64,000 nucleotides of DNA from Squalus acanthias (taxonomy: Eukaryota), in the NCBI GenBank assembly GCA_030390025.1, contig CM059432.1, positions 69,814,001 to 69,878,000 of the forward strand. Direction: 5' to 3'. The position numbers were made by a program, and so were the translations under genes. The notes beneath the pieces are model-generated. The model was not told the DNA's origin, ran no database searches, and saw nothing but the letters and a program-made list of their open reading frames with translations. This document shows, in pieces, positions 37,351 through 49,700 of this stretch; positions within the stretch are counted from its first letter, which is position 1; each line of letters begins with the position of its first letter.

Positions 37351-40300
37351 TATAGATACATAGATACATAGAAGATAGGAGCAGGAGTAGGCCATCCGGC
37401 CCTTCGAGCCTGCTCCGCCATTCAATGAGATCATGGCCGATCCTTCAATTCAGTATCCCGTCCCCGCCTTCTCTCCGTAACCCTTAACCCCTTTTGCCTG
37501 TAGAAATATATCTAATTCCCTCTTAAATATATTTAATGAGCTGGCGTACACTGCCCTCTGTGGCAATGAGTTCCACAGGTTCACCACTCTCTGAGTGAAG
37601 AAATTCCCCCTCATTTCTGTCCTAAATGGTTTAGCCCTTATCCTTAAATTATGTCCTCTAGTTCTGTTCTCACCCGCCAAGGGAAACATTCCTTCTGCAT
37701 CTAATCTGTCTAGACCTGTCAGAATTTTATACACTTCTATGAGGTCCCCTCTCAATCTTCTAAACTCCAGTGTGTACATCCCTAAACTACATAGTCTCTC
37801 CTCATAGGTCAATCCCGCCATTCCTGGTATCAGCCTGGTGAATCGCCGCTGCACCCCCTCCATGGCAAGAACATCTTTCCTCAGATGAGGCGACCAAAAC
37901 TGTACACAGTACTCGAGGTGTGGTCTCACCAGTGCCCTGTACAGCTGCAGCAAGGTATCCCTGTTCCTGTATTCCAACCCTTTTGCTATGAAGGCCAGCA
38001 TACCGTTTGCCTTCTTGACCGCCTGTTGCACCTGCATGCTCGCCTTCAGTGACTGGTGTACAAGAACACCCAGGTCTCTCTGTACTTCCCCCTCTCCCAA
38101 TTTATTGCCATTTAAATAATAATTTGCCCTCCCGTTCCTGCACCCAAGGTGGATAACTTCGCACTTGTCCACATTATAGTGCATCTGCCATTTATCCGCC
38201 CAATCACCCAGTCTGTCCAAATCGCTCTGGAGCTTCCTGGTCTCCTCCTCTGAGCCCACCCCCCCTCCTAGTTTAGTGTCGTCTGCAAATTTGGAAATGC
38301 TGCATTCGACTCCCTGATCCAGGTCATTAATATAAATTGTGAACAGCTGGGGACCCAGGACAGATCCCTGTGGTACCCCACTTGTTACTGCCTGCCATTC
38401 AGAAAATGAGCCGTTTATTCCAACTCTCTGTTTTCTATCTGACAGCCAGTTCTCTATCCACGTCAATACTTTCCCCTTTATCCCATGAGCTTCAATTTTC
38501 CATGCTAATCTTTTATGTGGGACCTTATCGAAGGCCTTTTGGAAGTCCAGGTACACCACATCTACTGGCTCTCCCCCATCTATTTTACCAGTTACTCCCT
38601 CAAAAAATTCCAATAGATTAGTCAAGCACGATTTACCCTTTGTAAATCCATGTTGACTCTGTCCTATCCTGTCCCCATTTGCTAAGTGCTCGGCTATTTC
38701 ATCCTTAATGATGGACTCCAGCATTTTGCCCACAACTGATGTAAGGCTTACAGGTCTGTAATTACCTGCTTTTTCCCTACCCCCCTTTTTGAATAGTGGG
38801 GTAACGTTAGCTACCCTCCAATCCATGGGCACTGTTCCCGAGTCTAATGAATTCTGAAAAATCATGCTTAGTGCATCCGCTATCTCTAGGGCCACCTCCT
38901 TCAGTACCCTAGGATGCATGTTATCAGGCCCTGGGGATTTGTCCGCCTTCAATCCCTTTAGCTTCCTTAACACCATATCCTTAGAGATATTGATTTGCGT
39001 CAGTTCCTCCTTTGCCAATGTCCCTATTTTTCCCGATATCCCAGGGAGGTTTTTTGTGTCTTCCTTCGTAAAGACTGACCCAAAGTATGCATTTAGTTGG
39101 TCTGCCATTTCCTTATTTCCCATTATATATTCCCCCGTATCTGACTGCAATGGACCAACTTTGGTTTTCACCAGTCTTTTCCTCTTGATATACTTATAAA
39201 AGCTTTTGGAGTTAGTTTTTATATTTTCCGCCAGCTTGCTTTCGTAAGCTATTTTGCCCTTCTTGATTAAGCCCTTTGCCCTCCTTTGCTCTATCTTAAA
39301 CTGTTCCCAATCTTCCGCTCTGGCGCGTTTTTTGGCTATTTTATACGCCCTATCTTTGGATTTTATGCTGTCTCTAATTTCCCCTGTTATCCACGGTTGA
39401 GTCACCTTTTTAGATTTCCTTTTATGCCAGATTGGTATAAACAATTTTTGCAATTTTGTCATTCTATCTTTAAATGCTTGCCATTGTTTATCTACCTCCA
39501 GTCCTCCCAGGAACGTTGTCCAATCAGACCTACTCAGTTCCCGTCTAATGGCATCATAATTCCCCTTGTTTAAATTCAGGACCTGAGTCTCTGAGTCAAT
39601 TTCTTCGCTCTCCATTTCGAGTGAGAAATCGATCATGTTATGATCGCTCTGACCCAAGGGTCCCCGTACAACAAGATTACTAATTAGTCCCTTCTCATTG
39701 CACAGTACCCAGTCCAATATAGCCTGTTCCCGAGTTGGTTCCTCGACATATTGATCCAGATAACCATCCCTTAAACACTCAAGGAATTCCTCCTCCTCAT
39801 TATTTTTACTGATTAGGCTAGTCCAATCTATATGTAAGTTAAAGTCACCTATGATGACAGCTGTGCTCTTATTGCACGCTTCTCTAATTTCCCTCGTGAT
39901 GCCCTCCCCAACCTCTATTTTACTATTTGGAGGCCTATATACCACTCCTATTAATGTTTTTCGCCCCTCGCTATTTCTTAGCTCCACCCATATAGATTCT
40001 GTATTAACTGAGTTAATATCCTTCCTTTCAATTGCATTTATCCCCTCTTTTACCAGCAATGCTACCCCTCCTCCCTTTCTTTTTTGTCGATCCTTCCTAA
40101 ATACTGAATACCCCTGTATGTTAAGCTCCCAGCCCTGCTCACCCTGCAACCATGTTTCCGTAATCCCAATTAGATCATAATTATTAACCTCTATTTCCAC
40201 AGCTAATTCATCTACCTTGTTCCTGATGCTTCTCGCATTAAGGTATAAAACCCTCAGGCTTTTTTTATGCTCACATTTTTTATGAATTAGTTTGGCCCTT

Positions 40301-40365
40301 TGTTTTTTGTTCCTCTCCTTTTTACCATTTATTTCTGTCTGCCTTTCACTTTCCTCTATTTCACT
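37351..40365 (-). mobile_element. Young CR1 LINE, 5'-truncated near the ORF1/ORF2 boundary
   Basis: TATGTATC-type repeat tail at about 37351-37372, about 40 nt downstream of exon F; uninterrupted ORF2. Confidence 0.95.
37450..40260 (-). CDS. Intact CR1 ORF2 (APE endonuclease + reverse transcriptase, >916 aa)
   Basis: The listed 916-aa ORF extends upstream in frame (SLRVLYLNARSIRNKVDELA). Motifs ITETWL, IGDFN, QSDH, YLDFQKAFD and FADD are all intact; no stops. Confidence 0.9.
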   Translation of the reverse strand, partial: SLRVLYLNARSIRNKVDELAVEIEVNNYDLIGITETWLQGEQGWELNIQGYSVFRKDRQKRKGGGVALLVKEGINAIERKDINSVNTESIWVELRNSEGRKTLIGVVYRPPNSKIEVGEGITREIREACNKSTAVIIGDFNLHIDWTSLISKNNEEEEFLECLRDGYLDQYVEEPTREQAILDWVLCNEKGLISNLVVRGPLGQSDHNMIDFSLEMESEEIDSETQVLNLNKGNYDAIRRELSRSDWTTFLGGLEVDKQWQAFKDRMTKLQKLFIPIWHKRKSKKVTQPWITGEIRDSIKSKDRAYKIAKKRARAEDWEQFKIEQRRAKGLIKKGKIAYESKLAENIKTNSKSFYKYIKRKRLVKTKVGPLQSDTGEYIMGNKEMADQLNAYFGSVFTKEDTKNLPGISGKIGTLAKEELTQINISKDMVLRKLKGLKADKSPGPDNMHPRVLKEVALEIADALSMIFQNSLDSGTVPMDWRVANVTPLFKKGGREKAGNYRPVSLTSVVGKMLESIIKDEIAEHLANGDRIGQSQHGFTKGKSCLTNLLEFFEGVTGKIDGGEPVDVVYLDFQKAFDKVPHKRLAWKIEAHGIKGKVLTWIENWLSDRKQRVGINGSFSEWQAVTSGVPQGSVLGPQLFTIYINDLDQGVECSISKFADDTKLGGGVGSEEETRKLQSDLDRLGDWADKWQMHYNVDKCEVIHLGCRNGRANYYLNGNKLGEGEVQRDLGVLVHQSLKASMQVQQAVKKANGMLAFIAKGLEYRNRDTLLQLYRALVRPHLEYCVQFWSPHLRKDVLAMEGVQRRFTRLIPGMAGLTYEERLCSLGMYTLEFRRLRGDLIEVYKILTGLDRLDAEGMFPLAGENRTRGHNLRIRAKPFRTEMRGNFFTQRVVNLWNSLPQRAVYASSLNIFKRELDIFLQAKGVKGYGEKAGTGY

Positions 40366-41839
40366 ACATGGGTTTCTAGCATTGATACAACATAGATATT
40401 ATACAATTATTTTAAGTTCTACTTTTCTGCAAGATTGTATATATCGTTTATTGCAGAATTGTAAATATGATGCTGCCATGCATTAACTGCCATACTTAGG
40501 AGTCTTTTCACTATTTGTCCTGGCCAATATTTATCCCTCAACCAACATCACTAAAACAGATTATCTGGTCGTATCACATTGCTGTTTGTGGGAGCTTGCT
40601 GTGCGCAAATTGGCTGCCACGTTTCCTACATTACAACAGTGGCTACATTTCAAAAGTACTTCATTGGCTGTAAAGCGCTTTGGGACGCCCAGAGATTGTG
40701 AAAGGCGTTATATAAATGCAAGTTCTTTCTTTGTTTATCCTTTATGCGGTAGAGCAAAATCCACCCTCAGTTTTTTCCCCATTATCCCTCCAATCAAGAT
40801 GGCACTGATTGACGTTGAGATGTGGTTCCACGGTAGATGGCAACCCTCCAGCATCTTGCCCAAGTGGCCACTCTTCATTGTGTGAGCCTATTAAGTGAAT
40901 GTCAGCAGATGACAAACACCAATATGGACTGGTTGGGCTGGACGAACTCTTTCCATGTTGTAATTTCTATGTAATTACAAAGGGTTATTGATGGTGACGG
41001 TAATTTAAAACATAATGGCTGTGTATTTTGGCAGGATTCTTCCGATTTCCCACTGTAACTTCGGCTGAAGAGCAGCTGATACCGTGGTGAAGCTGTGTAA
41101 ATGGCCATTTTTAGCCATTTATGCTGTAATCGCTGGGTATTCCACCAATCACCCGCCAGAGAACCCCTGTGGAAATTCTAGGTGAAGTTTTATTAAAAAT
41201 AGATACCATTAGTTGAATGGGTATATTTTCAGTAAAGGTACATTTGGCATTTTAAGGTTTTTGGGTAATATTTGCCTAGATATTCCAGTGAGTCATGGTA
41301 AGGATGCAAATTGGATGGAAAATTAGGGTTGAAGCAAGTTTCCACCTCATCCTTAATAGTTTTCCCCTTTCAACAGTATAGTAATATCAACAGTAAATTA
41401 AGTCAACTAACTAAGTTAAATTGAAATTGTGCAAATGAATTAGCTTAATAACTGGAAATAACCCACTTAGATTTTGTTAACAACAAAGGGGTTATTTCCA
41501 CTAATGGTAAAAAACTGAAAATGACAGGAGCAACACAGAGGGCTCGTGAGCCACATATGGCTCCAAAATCTGCCAACCCTGTTCTTGAAACCCATGCAAC
41601 TCAATGTTGTTTGCACTAATGCATGGAACTTTCAACTTTGTTGGGGGTGTAAAATTGGTTGTATCTAATCAGCCACTCATTATATACCCAACCCAATTTT
41701 CCTTTCCATCAATGGCATCTTGTTCCTACTAGGGGTTTCATTCATTTATTCTTTTACACTATTTGGACTTGGAAGGTGTGGAGACGAGTCCTACTTCCAG
41801 CAGTATCTCAGCATTTGCATGGTATCCGTGCTTTCATTT

Positions 41840-42045
41840 CCCTTGGCCAGGTTGGTGAGACCATTAAAATGTATCTGGTACTGAATAGCCTTTTGTGGGG
41901 TGGTAGAGTTGGCACTGACTACCACCTCCCTCCAGACTATCTGCACATCCTTCTTCTGAGACATGATTCCTTGTCCAATTGCCCTAATTTCTGCCAGCAT
42001 GACCTCCACCACTGCTTCTGAGAGAATCTTGGGGCCTTGGTCATT
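41840..42045 (-). mobile_element. Decayed Harbinger Myb/SANT exon-1 remnant
   Basis: QGPKILSEAVVEVMLAEI...VWREVV...S.TP....QYQIHFNGLTNLAK parallels the other Myb exon-1 copies. Confidence 0.55.
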
Positions 42046-43323
42046 ATAGGACCCCCCCCCCCCCCCCACCCCTGCACCTCTCCAAAAAAAAGGTGTACCC
42101 CTTCTACTATTCCTTTTCTGTCTTCAGGTGCAGCTCCAACTCTCTCTCTTTCTCTTTCCCCCCTTAGTCACCTGTAATGCTTCTGGCCCTTGAAATTGCA
42201 GTAGTCTTTTAACTGCTGCAACTAGCCTCGATTTCCCTCTCTCCCATCAGCAGAGACTCAGTCAAGAGTGGGATTCTTAATTAAATCATACACTACATAT
42301 CAATTTAGTCCGGCCTAAATTAGACAAGGAAAATGTGTTCAGCTGCCGGAAGGATCATGTAAGTGGTGGGAAATCCCGTCCTGCCATTTTTCAGATGATC
42401 TCAGGAAAATCGAGCCTTTTGGCCCCGATATTTACAGGCAGACTGGGAGTGAGACGGCGGGAGGGGCGAAGAACCCAGCAAGGCCGGGGATGCAGAGGTC
42501 CTGCCAGACTTAACTGTAGGACCTCATTGTCATTTTTTTCTTCTGTTTCCCACCCAGCAGCCGGCCAAATGGACAGTATAGCTGGCTGTCAGGTGGGAAA
42601 AGCAGTGGCAGGAGGCCGCAGCCGGGGACCCTTGGGGACGGTCCCTGACAAGCAGGAGGGGGGAAGGTCATTGTTCGGGGCTTGGGAGGGGAGGAATTCA
42701 GCCACGATCGTGGCATGGAGAGGTTGACGTTCGGGGCGTGGGGGGTGGGGGGCTGGGGAGAGAGGCCATTGCATGAGAATTTTTTGGTCCCAAGGGACGG
42801 AGGCTCACAAAGAACATGATCTGAGCCCATTAAAGGCGATGGCTGTGGCCGTAAATGCCTTCTGAAACCTGGGTTATATTCCATATGACGGCACGCAGAG
42901 TCCGTTCACATTTTCTACTTTCTTCTTAAAGAGGGAAATGTCTACAACCAAAGACAAGGAAATACCACTTCAGTCCCCCATGGCGAGTGCTGAAAATCAT
43001 CAGTCTGCCATCTCAAAACCTCTTGCCACTGTAGTAGGTATAGAAGGCTAAGATTAAAAGGGGGACACAAAGGTAGGCACCAAGGGGAGGTATCATGGCC
43101 TTAAATGGTAAGTTGATTGGCAGATTTGTTGTCACTGACAGGATATGGGGCAAGATGGGAGTATGCCGGTGTGACGGACTAGAAGAATGACCTCCAAATA
43201 GCAATCTTGGAAGTTGTGGAGAAGAACTACACATCAGCAAACAACTGAGTTGAATTTGTTGTCAAAAGTGGACTGTGAGGGCAGGGCTCATTTGGCAGTG
43301 GCCTAAGATCCTAGTCAGCTGAA

Positions 43324-43409
43324 GGTAGGGTTAATGTTTCAGGTTGATGACCATTTGTCAGAACCTTTCATCTGATGATAGGTCACCAACCTGAAATGTT
43401 AACCCTACC
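43324..43409. repeat. Inverted pair of decayed family-1 hammerhead cores
   Basis: GGTAGGGTTAATGTTTCAGGTTGATGACC...GGTCACCAACCTGAAATGTTAACCCTACC; CTGATGA at 43372; the ACGT palindrome has decayed at its CpG. Confidence 0.65.
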
Positions 43410-44099
43410 TGTCACACAGTTTAAATGGCTTTGGTAGCCCTGGGATGCATCTTGGACACCCCCATCAAAGTGGTCGGAAACTTTGATGAAAAATTCTGGG
43501 TCAGATGGGGTTCGGGTTCTGAAGAAAAACCTAGATGCCCCACGACCCTGTAAAAGTAGTTACCTTCAAATCTTAAAAAATAATTTTAGCTTTTTAATCT
43601 TCGGGGGTCCAGGACATGATTCTGAACTGAACCACTAGGTGGGGTCCATTAACGGCAGTTGGTTGATTGATTCGCCTGGTCTCATCAGGTCTATCAACGT
43701 TGACCATACACTGGGTCCCTGAGTAGGCCTGGGGTGCAGAAACTCCAACAATCTATAACAATTAGTTTCATTGCTGAACTACAGTCATTACAGCATGTTG
43801 CAAAATGCAAACAGAAGGTAATAATGCCTTGTTGGCTCATCAGCCAATTCCAATTGTACATTTGCCAATTATAGCACCCAAAAACTAATAGAAAAATCCA
43901 CAAATGTTTTTGTTTTAGTTTCTAAGTTGAAAGCATGGAGACGAATTTCATATCCTAACTGCCCCGTTTGCACTCAAAAACAGGGATGGAAAGAAAAACA
44001 TCTGTTTCTCCCGCCTACTTACCGCTGATTTTGCAACTGGTCTGATTTGCTGGGGGCATTAATCCTGGTAGTCAGAGCTTCCGTCTGAAATAGGGGGAG

Positions 44100-44340
44100 C
44101 ATCATAGGAACAGGAGGCCATTCAGCCACTCGAGCCTGTTCCACCATTCAATTAGATCATGGCTGATCTGTACCTTAACTCCAGCTACCTGCCTTGGCTC
44201 CACAACCCTTAATACCCTTGCCTAACAAAAATCAATCAATCTCTGAATTGAAATTTTCAATTAACCTAGCCTCAACATCTTTTTGGGGGAGAAAGTCCCA
44301 GAATTCCACTACCCTTTGTTCAGAAGTGCTTTCTGACATC
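44100..44340 (-). mobile_element. CR1 3' fragment; smaller ones at about 1357-1400 and 54575-54720
   Basis: Reverse complement of the CR1 3' UTR seen in the longer copies. Confidence 0.7.
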
Positions 44341-44511
44341 ATGAATAAATTCAAATTGGAAATAAGTGTCGCAGATGCCATTTTCCAACCTCGCTGCCTG
44401 ACTAACGCCATTTCCTGCTTCGCCCACCAACCATGGATGGTACAAGTACCCAGACAGCCATTTCAAAAGCTATTTTAAGGGATCCTACGCTGCCATCAGA
44501 TAAAGTACTGA

Positions 44512-45271
44512 GGGCTAGAAATTCAGCTGCTTTGCGCCTCCCATTAGCGCCTGCAGGGGGCGGTAACAGGGCGCTAAGGGTTACCAACTGGGCGCGGTGA
44601 ACTCAGCGACGCCCGCAAACGTCCCTGGCAGTTTTGCGCTGGCGCTAGCAGTTACCGCCGTGGTGTCTAGCGCCCCATATTCAACAAGTGTGCAGCGCCC
44701 CGTTATCACCCCGGATGTAAAATTCGCTCCCGCCCTCTGCTGCATCGCTGGGCATCAACAACGGCAGCAACAAGAGGCATTGTCACCTTGGCTGGCCGCT
44801 TGGGTAGCGATAATTAAAGGCAGTGGTGGTCAGGTAGGCCAAACTTTATTCTTCGCACCAGTTTGGTGCCTGCTGAAAGTTTTTGAAGCCTCATTGCTGC
44901 GCGATGCCTAAACCCTCCACTCTCTGAGAGTAATTGGGGCTGTAATGGAAGTCGCGCAGGTCCCCTGGCCCCACAGAGCTAAGAAGAAGAATGTTGCAAA
45001 CCATCATTGGCCCTTCCCTTTAAGCGAGGGAAGGAGCCTCTGATGCCGGTAGCACTGCACTGCACATTCTTCAGTGCTCTGCCGCTACCACCCCCCTCAC
45101 ACACTTTAGCGCCCTAAGAGAAGTGGTTAGTGCTTGACTTAGCGCTCCACTTCCCTCTTGGAGCGCTAAAGCTGAAGTTTCCGGGATCAAAAAAGGATTA
45201 TCGCCTGGCGATAATTTTCTCAGATTTCAAAAGTTATCGCCCCAAACGGGGCGCAACGGAATTTCTAGCCC
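44512..45271. mobile_element. Harbinger MITE related to the 55003-58919 element
   Basis: Perfect 13-bp TIR GGGCTAGAAATTC. Reverse complement of 45195-45271 aligns with 55003-55080. Many TAGCGC/TATCGC motifs. Flanks TGA/AAA do not match. Confidence 0.8.
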
Positions 45272-46711
45272 AAAGAGTCAAAAAAAGGATTATAAATTTA
45301 CTCACTATGAGCTCACAGTGCCTGTCTTTAACTTACTCTAGTTCTTCCGTGAGATGCTCCCCCGTGTTTCAACATGGGAGATGAGAGGCTGCTCTGACTC
45401 ATTCAAGGTCTCATGAGATGCTTATGGTCGGTGACATCATGAAGCTCAGGCCTGAGAACAGCCAACTACAGACAGTAACAACTCGGTGTCAGTTAGGGCA
45501 ATCTTGCCCAGCTGGCTTTTAGGCACCAGGACAGACATTAGTTCAGGGAGTCGTGAGGGTACAGAAGTGTTGGGCTCATGAGAGATTACATCATGTTCCA
45601 TTCCCATTGCACGACTACGCTTGTTACCAGGTTGCAGCTCAGCCCATCTATTAATCCGCAGGAGAGTAGACTCTAGGAGATCTGTGATCTAAGTGAAGCC
45701 ATAATTTATTCACTCTTTCAGCCTGCCCAAGGCCTGTCCAACCAGAGCCTGCTTTGACCCAGTATGAGCATCCCTAAGCGATGTTATTACTGATGCCACA
45801 CACACCTGCAGGGAGGGCCCAGCTGCAGTGTCCATTGAGGTGACCACAAACTTTATGGTTGACTGCCATGCATAGAACCCCACATTAGTTGGTAGTAGAC
45901 TCCTCTGCACTCTCGTCAACATGTCACCGACGCTCCCTGGCAGGCCGTCCAATGCATTCAGCAATTGCTGGTGCACTGAAATCATTTTTCCTTTAAATAC
46001 AGGGCCCTTAAAGTCTGCATCTCTGTCCTCTCCAGCAGAGCTAGTATGTGAGCTTGCCCTCCAATGAGTTCTTTCATTGACCTTCCTTGCCACTTGCACC
46101 TGCTGCTCCTCACTTGTGTTTGGTGAATCTCCCAGTGTAATCCCCTCGAATTCATCTCAGTTACTCGGGATGCTGATTTCTGTGCTGGTGCTTGGCAGGG
46201 TGAGAGCTAGTGAAAGTGCACTATCTTCAGGGTTATCCTCTACCAGCGCTAGTGATAGAGTCATCTGATTGACCTAAAAATAAAAGTAGCAGGACAATGG
46301 TTAGGATGTAGTTGCGGAGGTAAGTACTAGCAGATCCATGATGGTGAAACATACCATCAGATTGTCATGGTCAGTGTGTGAATGTGTGAGTGGAAGTGTT
46401 AAGTAGAAAGAGAAAAGACAGAAGATGCCAACACGTTGTGCTCTGCCAGGTCTCCAGCCTCAGATTCTCCAATGTTGACTGCTATGTTGTCCAATGTAAC
46501 ATTTTTCATAGGGGTGTGTGTTTGCAGTGTGGTGGGACATTCTTCTGAGCTGGTACTCTCCTTCCTGTTATGTGTTAGCTTCTCCCACAAGAAGAGTGGA
46601 AGTGGGTTAATATGTGCCCTGGGCAAGGGTTATTAACATGTATGACCCAGAGTGAGCATGTGGCCAAGAGAGGGATGTAGTTGAGGTCAGTAGCAGTTTT
46701 TGAGAGTATGA

Positions 46712-49700
46712 GGCCGGAATTTTCTGGGGTTCGGGCGGGCTTGATTGGAGGCAGGTTGGGTGGGAAATTTGAAATATCTTACAGCAGGTCAGGAACCCGC
46801 CGTCATCCCGTCCCTACGTGCCTTTCCCTCGGGCGCGTTTGCCGGCACAGCAGCGACCCGAACAGCAGAGGCGGGCGAGCTAATTTAAATCATTATTAGG
46901 TACTTCTCAGACCCTTAAGAGTCTTTTTAACCCTATCTTTCAAATTTCACTGGATGACCATGGAAATCACAGAGCTCGGGAACCACATCTGTCAACCTGA
47001 GGTGGAAGTTGAGTGGCCATTAGTGCACAGCGTGGAAAGTACAATAAAAACTCCCATCTCACAGCTGAAAGCTGTTGCTGATTGCATGGCCAGCACAGAT
47101 TTAGCTTTCTGAGGCTGCAAGTGTTTCCAGCAAAGTTGCCATCCATTGTCACCTCATTGTTAGAACCAATCACATTGGCAGATTGCTTCTGTCATCACTA
47201 CTTGGCCTGCCATCTATTCCATCAGCATGGGTGCCGTTTATACTGTCTCACCTTGGTCCTCAGAATTGGACCACAATGAGCCCCAACACCAGCAACACCA
47301 ACAACAACACCAACCTTCTCCGCAATCACCTGATGTTGCACAGGACAGAGGGCATCGCCGCAGGGCTGCAACGCGCCAGAGGTGCTACGCCCAACACAGG
47401 CCGAGGATGAGCTTCCTCATCATGACTGAGCAGCAGTGCCAAAGGAGGCTGAGACTATCGTGCTAGGTCATCGCAGATATTTCCACATTGCTGGAGAAAG
47501 ATCTGCAGCCCAGAGGAGCGGGTGGACACACCTTACCAGTGGCTGTCAAAGTCACCAGCGCCCTCAACTTCTTCGCCTCAGGCTCCTTCCAGGGATCTGC
47601 AGCAGACATTTGTGGCATCTCGCAGTCAGTCGACCACAGATGCATCACGCAGGTCACCAATGCCCTCTTTGACAAGTCAGCCAATTATGTTAACTTTGCC
47701 ACTGATGAAGCCAGTGTTACTGAGTGGGCTTTGCCACTCTGGCTGGCTTCCCATGGGTGCAGGGTGTCATCTTTCGTCCTTTGCCAGTCCACCCTCCCTC
47801 AGCTCTTCGCTCCTCCAAACAGATTTTCCAGCTGGCTGCTTGGAGACAAGGGGTATCCACTGAAGACGTGGCTCATGTCACCCTTGAGACGGCCAAGTAC
47901 TAAGGCCCAGGAGAGATATAATGAAAGCCACATTTCCACCAGATGTGTCATGGAGCAGACAATATGCATGCTGAAACTGCACATAAGATGCCTTGACAGA
48001 TCTGGAGGAGCCCTTCGGTACACACCAGCCAGGGTCTCCAGAATTATCATGGTCTACTGTGCCCTGCACAACATAGTGCAGCAGCAAGGATTAGCGCTGC
48101 TAGAGGAGCAAGGCACTGAGCGCACAGCCTCTTCAGAGAGGAGGAGGAGGAACAGGAGGAGCAATAGCTGGAAGACAAGGAGGAGGAGGAGCAGGATGAA
48201 CCTGCGGTCCAGATCCCACCAGCACCCAAGCACATTGCTGCCCAGGAGGCCAGGGATGTGCTCATTATGGCCAGATTTACTTAACTTTACGCATTACACC
48301 CATATGGCTGCCACATGCTGCACGAGGTTGGCACCAGCCCACAGCAACACCATAAAGAACCCCTACAATGACCAAGTCATCCTTTCACACTGACCACCAT
48401 TGCTGGAGGTAACGTTACGTCTCACCATTCACTCCAACTCACTAAGCCACTTCCAAAGGTGCACACAAATTTGTCCATGAGCGCAAATGGTGAAAATAAA
48501 GATTTTTACATGTGACATTACAGTAACGGAAACTTTACAGAATCATTTAACAAAACAACCAAATGGCTAACTTGTGAATCTACTTGTGTTTCATTTTTCT
48601 CTTACGTGTGCTTCTATGAGGTGCTATCCCTGTGGCTTCAGCAGAGGCAGAGGCAGCCTGCTCACTTCCCTGCTGTGACTGCGTAGACACTTTTGGCGGA
48701 CGTCCTCTGGGTTTTGGAGTCGCTGATGGCCCCGCCAAAGTCTGCTCCTCCTGCGACTGTGCAGGGGCAGACTTGGCCATCGCTATCCGAGAAGGCATCT
48801 GGGGCTCTGACTGAGGGGGTGGCAATGGGGGAGAAGTGTGAGCGCTTTAAGAGGAGCCCCTACTTGCACGTCCCCTCTCACCATCATTCCTCTCATGGGC
48901 CACCAGCACTTCCCTGCTAGCAAGGAGCTGGAGAGCACCTTGCTGCACAGCTGTTGGGCCATGAGGACCCATGTCTACGTTGACATCCCTCCTAAAGAGG
49001 AGGTCTATGAGCCTCTGCCATCTACTCTCCATAGAGACCATGTGCTCCTGTGAGTGGCGCATTAGCTGCTCCATGCAGGTGGCCATCCTATCTATGGAAG
49101 AGCCTACAGTCGCCATCGCCTGCGACACGGTGGTGCTCATGTTGAAGATGGAATCCTCCATTCTCTGCACAATTCCAGACATCGCGCTTGCAAAACCTGT
49201 CAAAGCCTCCTGCACTTCTTGTTGCACCTCCAGGAACGCCCTCTTTCTGTATGGCCCCTGAAGCTCAGCGTCTGCATGCAGCTGAGCAGAGCTGGGAGCG
49301 TCCTGTGCCCTCTGGCGAGGAGTCTCACTGCTGTCCCTGTCTCCACCATCTCCTCTTGCTCATTTGTGAGTTGAGAGACACCAGGTGACAACACTACTCT
49401 ATCTCACATGGCACCCACCGAGGTGTGTGTATCTGCGCTGGTGCTGGGTGCGCTTGTGTCTGGTGACGGTGCACCTTCAGAGACTGGAGGCTCCTCTGAG
49501 GAGTCGTCTTCCTCTTCCACCTGGACAGTGGTGAGGGGGGCTCTTGATGGACCTGTGGGAAAGTAAAAAGCTGAGTTATATATGTCATATGAAGAATGGG
49601 TATAGATACCATTATGCACAAGATGACCATTCAGTGGCTTTTTTTTATTAGTTTATGGGATGTGGGCGTCGCTGGCAAGGCCAGCATTTATTGCCCATCC

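Noticed and set aside
47488..48393. 301-aa ORF as domesticated HARBI1 or an active transposase
   Set aside because: It lies inside a transposon copy, has an internal deletion removing catalytic motifs, and changes frame in places.
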